Below are positions 59,744-64,000 of a stretch of 64,000 nt of DNA, one piece after another. The DNA is taken from NCBI GenBank assembly GCA_046318675.1, contig JBKCUA010000033.1, positions 2,858-66,857 on the forward strand. Direction: 5' to 3'. Every line of letters starts with the position of its first letter. Position 1 is the first letter of the stretch. The stretch is from Holosporales bacterium (GTDB lineage Bacteria; Pseudomonadota; Alphaproteobacteria; JAJTHO01). The position numbers were made by a program, and so were the translations under genes. The notes beneath the pieces were generated by a model. The model did no database searches and was not told the DNA's origin. It saw nothing but the letters and a program-made list of their open reading frames with translations.

Positions 59744-59946
59744 CACCCCCCACAATCCCCTTCAACATTACACAGCTTGCGTCCAATCCTCCGTCTGAAA
59801 ATCCGGGACGAGGCTGCTCAGGGTTTAAAAAAACATGTCGTTGCGCAGCAGACTAGCCTGATGCGCGAGGCTGGATGCGGCCATAAAAGATTGTAATTCT
59901 TTACAAAACAACAGTCTTTGTGTGTTATTTTCTAAAAAATCCCATG

Positions 59947-59975
59947 TTGAAATTCACGCCTTAGGCTGGTAGCAT
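59947..59975 (+). promoter_or_regulatory. sigma70-type promoter TTGAAA-N17-TAGCAT for tRNA gene
   Basis: -35/-10 hexamers with 17-bp spacer, -10 ends 19 nt before mature tRNA 5' end. Confidence 0.5.
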
Positions 59976-59994
59976 GTTCATCCGGGTACATGTC

Positions 59995-60070
59995 GGGCCT
60001 GTAGTTCAGCGGTTAGAACGTTCCGCTCATAACGGAGTTGTCCCTGGTTCAAATCCGGGCAGGCCCACCA
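59995..60070 (+). tRNA. tRNA-Met (anticodon CAT; elongator-type G1-C72 pair; tRNA-Ile2/lysidine not excluded)
   Basis: 76 nt cloverleaf: acceptor GGGCCTG/CAGGCCC, D-arm GTTC..GAAC, anticodon stem TTCCG/CGGAG loop CTCATAA, T-arm CCTGG TTCAAAT CCGGG, encoded CCA. Confidence 0.85.
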
Positions 60071-60072
60071 AT

Positions 60073-60561
60073 TTACGCAACTTCGGCGGCGGCTAGTGCC
60101 GGTGCTAGGCGCAGAATCCGGCAAATGGTAGCTGTTTCAGTAGCAGTGCGGAGCTGATCACAGGTGCCATTTTCGCGTAGCAGCCGGGTAATGCTGGCCA
60201 AGGCCTGCACGTGCTGGGCGGCGGCGTTATCCCGTGTCGTCTGGCAGGGAGATAGTAACAAGAACATTAAATCAACTGGCCTGCCGTCAATAGAATGAAA
60301 ATCAACAGGTTGTGTTAATTGCACAAAAAAACCCACCATGCGATCAAGGCCAATGAGGCGAATGTGCGGCAAGGCCACGCCCCGACCGATGCCGGTGGAA
60401 CCAAGGCGTTCCCGTTCCTTGAGCGCGTCACGAACAACCGCCGCTTGATAGCTAGTCTCCCCCGCAGCCAGCTCGGCCAGTAATGCCAACGCCGCGGTTT
60501 TATCGGCCACCGACATTCCTAAACGCACCCGATTTTGACACAAAATATCCGTAAGGGTCAT
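60073..60561 (-). CDS. ptsN: PTS IIA-like nitrogen regulatory protein PtsN
   Basis: PTS EIIA type-2 fold with active His context (GIGRGVALPHIRL); follows hpf as in the rpoN-hpf-ptsN cluster; stop 2 nt from tRNA 3' end. Confidence 0.75.
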   Translation of the reverse strand: MTLTDILCQNRVRLGMSVADKTAALALLAELAAGETSYQAAVVRDALKERERLGSTGIGRGVALPHIRLIGLDRMVGFFVQLTQPVDFHSIDGRPVDLMFLLLSPCQTTRDNAAAQHVQALASITRLLRENGTCDQLRTATETATICRILRLAPALAAAEVA

Positions 60562-60648
60562 AAAAATCTTTTTCCTCACATGGGCTAATAAGAAAACCCA
60601 AACACAGCCTACCAAAAAAATGTTTGTTAGGCTGTGCGCCCGCGCAAT

Positions 60649-61239
60649 TCAAGAAACTTTATTTTGGGGCTCAATCCACCCGACATTCCCATCAGGACGG
60701 CGGAAAACAACATTCAAATTGTTTGTTTTAGCATTTTTAAATATATAAACGGGGCGTCCACTAAGGTCTAAGAGCATGACCGCATCTTTTACGGATATTG
60801 TTTTGATATCGCTGCTCATTTCGGCGATGACCAAGGGTGTCTGCTCGTTGTCTTTTTCGGCTCCTTCTTCATCTGTTTGAGCGGAGACGACGTATTCTCG
60901 TGCTACTGTATGTTTTTCTATAGCATCAAGGGCGTTCAAATGATGATCTGTTAGGCGGCGTTTGTAACGACGCAGCTGCTTCACCAATTTTGCTGCTGCC
61001 CCGTCAAAAGAAGCGTAAGGATCATCAGATTCGTATTCGGCCTGAATTGTCAACGCCGTTTTTGTGCCGGGGTTAACACTAATATGAGTGTGAAAGCGAT
61101 AACCTTGATGATCGACCACCACAGTGGCGTCCGTGATCCGGTTCAGGTATTTGGTTGCTGCGTGCTGCAACGTTTCCTGAATGTGGGAGGTGAGGCTGGC
61201 ACCAATGTTCATATGACGACCAGAAATATTTATTTTCAT
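60649..61239 (-). CDS. hpf: ribosome hibernation promoting factor (long form)
   Basis: 196 aa; MKINISGRHMNIG...YLNRI N-domain plus C-terminal dimerisation extension. Confidence 0.8.
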   Translation of the reverse strand: MKINISGRHMNIGASLTSHIQETLQHAATKYLNRITDATVVVDHQGYRFHTHISVNPGTKTALTIQAEYESDDPYASFDGAAAKLVKQLRRYKRRLTDHHLNALDAIEKHTVAREYVVSAQTDEEGAEKDNEQTPLVIAEMSSDIKTISVKDAVMLLDLSGRPVYIFKNAKTNNLNVVFRRPDGNVGWIEPQNKVS

Positions 61240-61419
61240 AAGATTTTCCTATTCTATAGGACTCAACTATAGCGCGTTTTCTGTAGTATAAAAGAGCAAA
61301 AATGTGGCGTCAATTTGCTTGACTAGCCTAAGCAACAGGTATAATTCGCCAACCTAAAAGAAATAATCAATTTTTTCTGGTTATAAAATATACTGAGCAA
61401 ATTTTGAAGGTTGCGTATC

Positions 61420-61506
61420 ATGCTTGAATATGTTCTTGGCGGTTTAAGTGGCATTGTTGCCCTCGCTTATCTTATTTATGCGTTGTTATTGCCAGAGGAG
61501 TTTTAG
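61420..61506 (+). CDS. kdpF: potassium-transporting ATPase subunit KdpF
   Basis: 28 aa single-TM peptide MLEYVLGGLSGIVALAYLIYALLLPEEF, 3 nt upstream of kdpA; not in supplied ORF track. Confidence 0.7.
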   Translation: MLEYVLGGLSGIVALAYLIYALLLPEEF

Positions 61507-61509
61507 GCT

Positions 61510-63159
61510 ATGGCTGGAATAAACTGGATATATATTGGCATTGTAGTGACGTTGTTGACTCTTCTTGCGCCATTGCTGGGGGTATACATTAAAAATGTTT
61601 TTAGTGGACAAGGTTTTTTAGCTCCGGTTGAGCGTCTTCTCTTTAAGATGGCCGGTATTAAGGCCAATGCTGGGCAGCATTGGTGGCAATATACTCTGAA
61701 TATGTTGCTATTTAATATGCTTGGTTTTTTTGTTTTATATGGCATTTTGCGATTTCAGGGTATTTTGCCTTTTAATCCACAAAATTTTGCTGGGATGGAT
61801 CCTATTTTGGCATTTAATTGCGCGGTGAGCTTTATTACCAACACTAATTGGCAGGCGTACAACGGTGAAGCTACCTTAAGTTACTTTAGCCAAGCCGTTG
61901 GTCTTGGTGTGCAGAACTTTTTGTCTGCAGCTACAGGAGTTTCGTTGCTCTTTGCTATTATCAGGGGAGTCACTGCACGACAGGTAAAAAATTTAGGTAA
62001 CTACTGGGTTGATATGATGCGCAGTACCCTCTATATTTTTCTTCCGCTTGCAGTTGTTTCTAGCCTAGCATTTATTGCTCAAGGGGTTCCGCAAAATACT
62101 AATTCCTATATAATTGCTCAGACAATTGAAAAGCAAGAGCAAATTATCCCGCAAGGTCTTGTGGCTTCCCAGCTTGCTATTAAGCAGTTAGGCACCAATG
62201 GTGGTGGATTTTTTGGAAGTAATTCCTCGCATCCTTTTGAAAATCCAACACCTATAAGTAATATGCTGCAATTTTTTTTCATTTTGCTCATTCCTGCGGC
62301 ATTATGTTTTGCTTATGGTCATATGGTGGCGGATAAACGTCAGGGGTGGACACTTTATAGTGTCATGTTGGGTTTGTGGTTGACGGGCACTATCATTGCT
62401 TTATGCGCGGAAGGCAATAATCTGGAAGGAAAAGAAACTCGTTTTGGAATTACCGAAAGCGTGGTTTGGGCCACAGCTACGACAGCGGCATCTAATGGCT
62501 CTGTTAATGCTATGCACGATAGCCTGACGCCTATTGCTGGTCTGGTAACCATGGTGAATATGCAATCAGGTGGAGTAATTTTTGGTGGTGCAGGTAGCGG
62601 TCTGTACGGAATGTTATCTTTTGTTATTCTGACCGTGTTTTTGGCCGGGTTAATGGTTGGACGTACGCCGGAATTTCTCGGAAAAAAAATTGAGGCACGT
62701 GAAGTTAAATTGGTGGTATTCACCATGCTTATTATGCCTTTTGGAGTGCTTATCGGTGGGGCTTTGGCTCTGTTGACGGGGGGCGCACAAAGCTCGCTGT
62801 TGGCCAGCGGACCTCATGGTCTTTCAGAATTATTGTATGCTTATACTTCGGCTACAGCCAATAATGGTTCTGCTTTCGGCGGCTTTATGGCTAATACTCC
62901 ATTTCATAATATTGCTCTTGGGGTGTGTATGCTGCTTGGTCGCTTTGGGTATGTGGTGCCATTAATGGCGTTGGCTGGTAGTTTGGCGGAGAAAAAGATT
63001 ATCCCTGCTACGACAGGGACATTTCCCACGCATGGTGTGTTATTTGGTGTATTACTTACTGGAATAATTATTATTATTGGTGGCCTGACATTCTTTCCCG
63101 TGCTGACTTTGGGGCCATTGGCCGAACATTTTAGTATGTTGGCCGGTCGGAAATTTTAG
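61510..63159 (+). CDS. kdpA: potassium-transporting ATPase subunit KdpA
   Basis: 549 aa; canonical KdpA N-terminus ([10 protein letters not shown]...) and selectivity-filter-like GGG motifs (TNGGGFFG). Confidence 0.9.
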   Translation: MAGINWIYIGIVVTLLTLLAPLLGVYIKNVFSGQGFLAPVERLLFKMAGIKANAGQHWWQYTLNMLLFNMLGFFVLYGILRFQGILPFNPQNFAGMDPILAFNCAVSFITNTNWQAYNGEATLSYFSQAVGLGVQNFLSAATGVSLLFAIIRGVTARQVKNLGNYWVDMMRSTLYIFLPLAVVSSLAFIAQGVPQNTNSYIIAQTIEKQEQIIPQGLVASQLAIKQLGTNGGGFFGSNSSHPFENPTPISNMLQFFFILLIPAALCFAYGHMVADKRQGWTLYSVMLGLWLTGTIIALCAEGNNLEGKETRFGITESVVWATATTAASNGSVNAMHDSLTPIAGLVTMVNMQSGGVIFGGAGSGLYGMLSFVILTVFLAGLMVGRTPEFLGKKIEAREVKLVVFTMLIMPFGVLIGGALALLTGGAQSSLLASGPHGLSELLYAYTSATANNGSAFGGFMANTPFHNIALGVCMLLGRFGYVVPLMALAGSLAEKKIIPATTGTFPTHGVLFGVLLTGIIIIIGGLTFFPVLTLGPLAEHFSMLAGRKF

Positions 63160-63172
63160 GGGATATTTTGTC

Positions 63173-64000
63173 ATGAGCGTTCACTCAAAAGTAATTATTA
63201 TCAATAAAAATATTGTTTTTCAGTCACTTAAAGATAGCTTTATAAAATTAAATCCCCTGTTTCTTTATAAAAATCCGATTATTTTTCTAGTTGAGGTTGC
63301 GGCTTTTTTATGCACGGTCTCGGCATTTTTTCACGGTGATTCCTTATACTGGCAGCTATCGGCGTGGTTGTGGCTTACTGTTCTTTTTGCCACTTTCGCA
63401 GAGAGTTTGGCGGAAGGTCGTGGTAAGGCTCAGGCATACAGCTTGCGTTCCGCCCGTAGCGATACCAGTGCGAAACTTCTTAAAAACCAGTTTTCTCGTG
63501 ATTATCAAATCACCACTGCTGTACAGCTCCAAGTTGGTAGTATTGTTCTTGTTGAGGCTGGGGATATGATTCCTGGTGATGGTGAAATTATTCAGGGGAT
63601 TGCTACCGTTGATGAATCAGCGATAACTGGCGAATCTGCTCCGGTTATCCGGGAAAGTGGAGGGGATCGATCGGCTGTTACTGGTGGAACTAGGGTGGTT
63701 TCTGATTCTATTGTTGTGCGCATTACAGCTAAGCAGGGGGAGTCTTTTCTTGATCGGATGATCGCCATGGTTGAGGGAGCTAAACGGCAAAAAACCCCTA
63801 ATGAAGTTGCCCTGCATATCCTTTTGATGGGGATGAGTATCATCTTTTTACTGGTGGTGTTAACATTGTTGCCGTGGGCTTCCTACAGTCACACTATTAT
63901 CCCAGTACCATATTTGGTGGCCTTGTTGATTACTTTGCTGCCGACTACGATTAGTGGTTTATTGTCTGCTATTGGTATCGCCGGCATGGAGCGGTTATTA
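63173..64000 (+). CDS. kdpB: potassium-transporting ATPase subunit KdpB (5' partial, runs off window)
   Basis: open frame from ATG 63173 to window end; translation [28 protein letters not shown]... matches the KdpB N-terminus. Confidence 0.8.
   Translation, partial: MSVHSKVIIINKNIVFQSLKDSFIKLNPLFLYKNPIIFLVEVAAFLCTVSAFFHGDSLYWQLSAWLWLTVLFATFAESLAEGRGKAQAYSLRSARSDTSAKLLKNQFSRDYQITTAVQLQVGSIVLVEAGDMIPGDGEIIQGIATVDESAITGESAPVIRESGGDRSAVTGGTRVVSDSIVVRITAKQGESFLDRMIAMVEGAKRQKTPNEVALHILLMGMSIIFLLVVLTLLPWASYSHTIIPVPYLVALLITLLPTTISGLLSAIGIAGMERLL

Noticed and set aside
59995-60070. The tRNA-Met as the integration site of a prophage or genomic island.
   Set aside because: No integrase, excisionase or direct repeat of the tRNA 3' end was found in the flanking 1 kb. 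Only a palindromic element and a small ORF are present.

Overview
This is a chromosomal segment from an alphaproteobacterium of roughly 50-55% GC, read by eye. The lineage call rests on gene order: rpsT-dnaA, lpxD-fabZ-lpxA-lpxI-lpxB including lpxI, a che1-type operon, and yraN-gshB-hrcA. I cannot place the organism more precisely.

Most of the window is conserved housekeeping:
- 192-11,937: guaA, surA, lptD, lptG-lptF translationally coupled to dnaA, rpsT, hupB, pdxA, rsmA.
- 19,754-24,118: the lipid A operon lpxD-fabZ-lpxA-lpxI-lpxB.
- 24,900-33,366: ndk, lptB, pepP, a uvrD/rep-family helicase, prmA.
- 34,134-39,409: yraN-gshB-hrcA, cutA, frr-pyrH.
- 42,069-51,736: a complete chemotaxis operon (MCP, STAS, cheY, cheA, cheW, cheR, cheD, cheB, soluble MCP, STAS).
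- 51,866-58,964: a cyclopropane-fatty-acid-synthase module, sat/cysC, a chalcone-isomerase-like protein and an MFS transporter.
- 59,995-64,000: tRNA-Met(CAT), ptsN-hpf, kdpF-kdpA and the start of kdpB.

No transposase, integrase, CRISPR array or rRNA was seen.

The most unusual region is a four-gene, same-strand module at 11,930-19,731, joined without a break to the 3' end of the lipid A operon. It encodes a Pro-rich membrane protein followed by three paralogous polytopic membrane proteins whose topology resembles VirB6/TrbL. The largest (1204 aa) is fused to an apparently active M23 peptidoglycan peptidase, a Gly-rich segment and a roughly 260-aa coiled coil. No other type IV secretion genes are nearby.

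Other second-look items:
- a motif-dead ABC ATPase paired with a minimal FtsX-like permease;
- a receiver-Hpt protein whose phospho-acceptor Asp is replaced by Glu;
- an orphan HerA/DUF87-like ATPase inserted between bolA and pyrH;
- a C11 homopolymer inside the 5' end of a small ORF;
- an (AT)9 promoter microsatellite;
- a roughly 165-bp nested palindromic element next to the tRNA;
- lptB and hpf-ptsN at separate loci, neither with rpoN.
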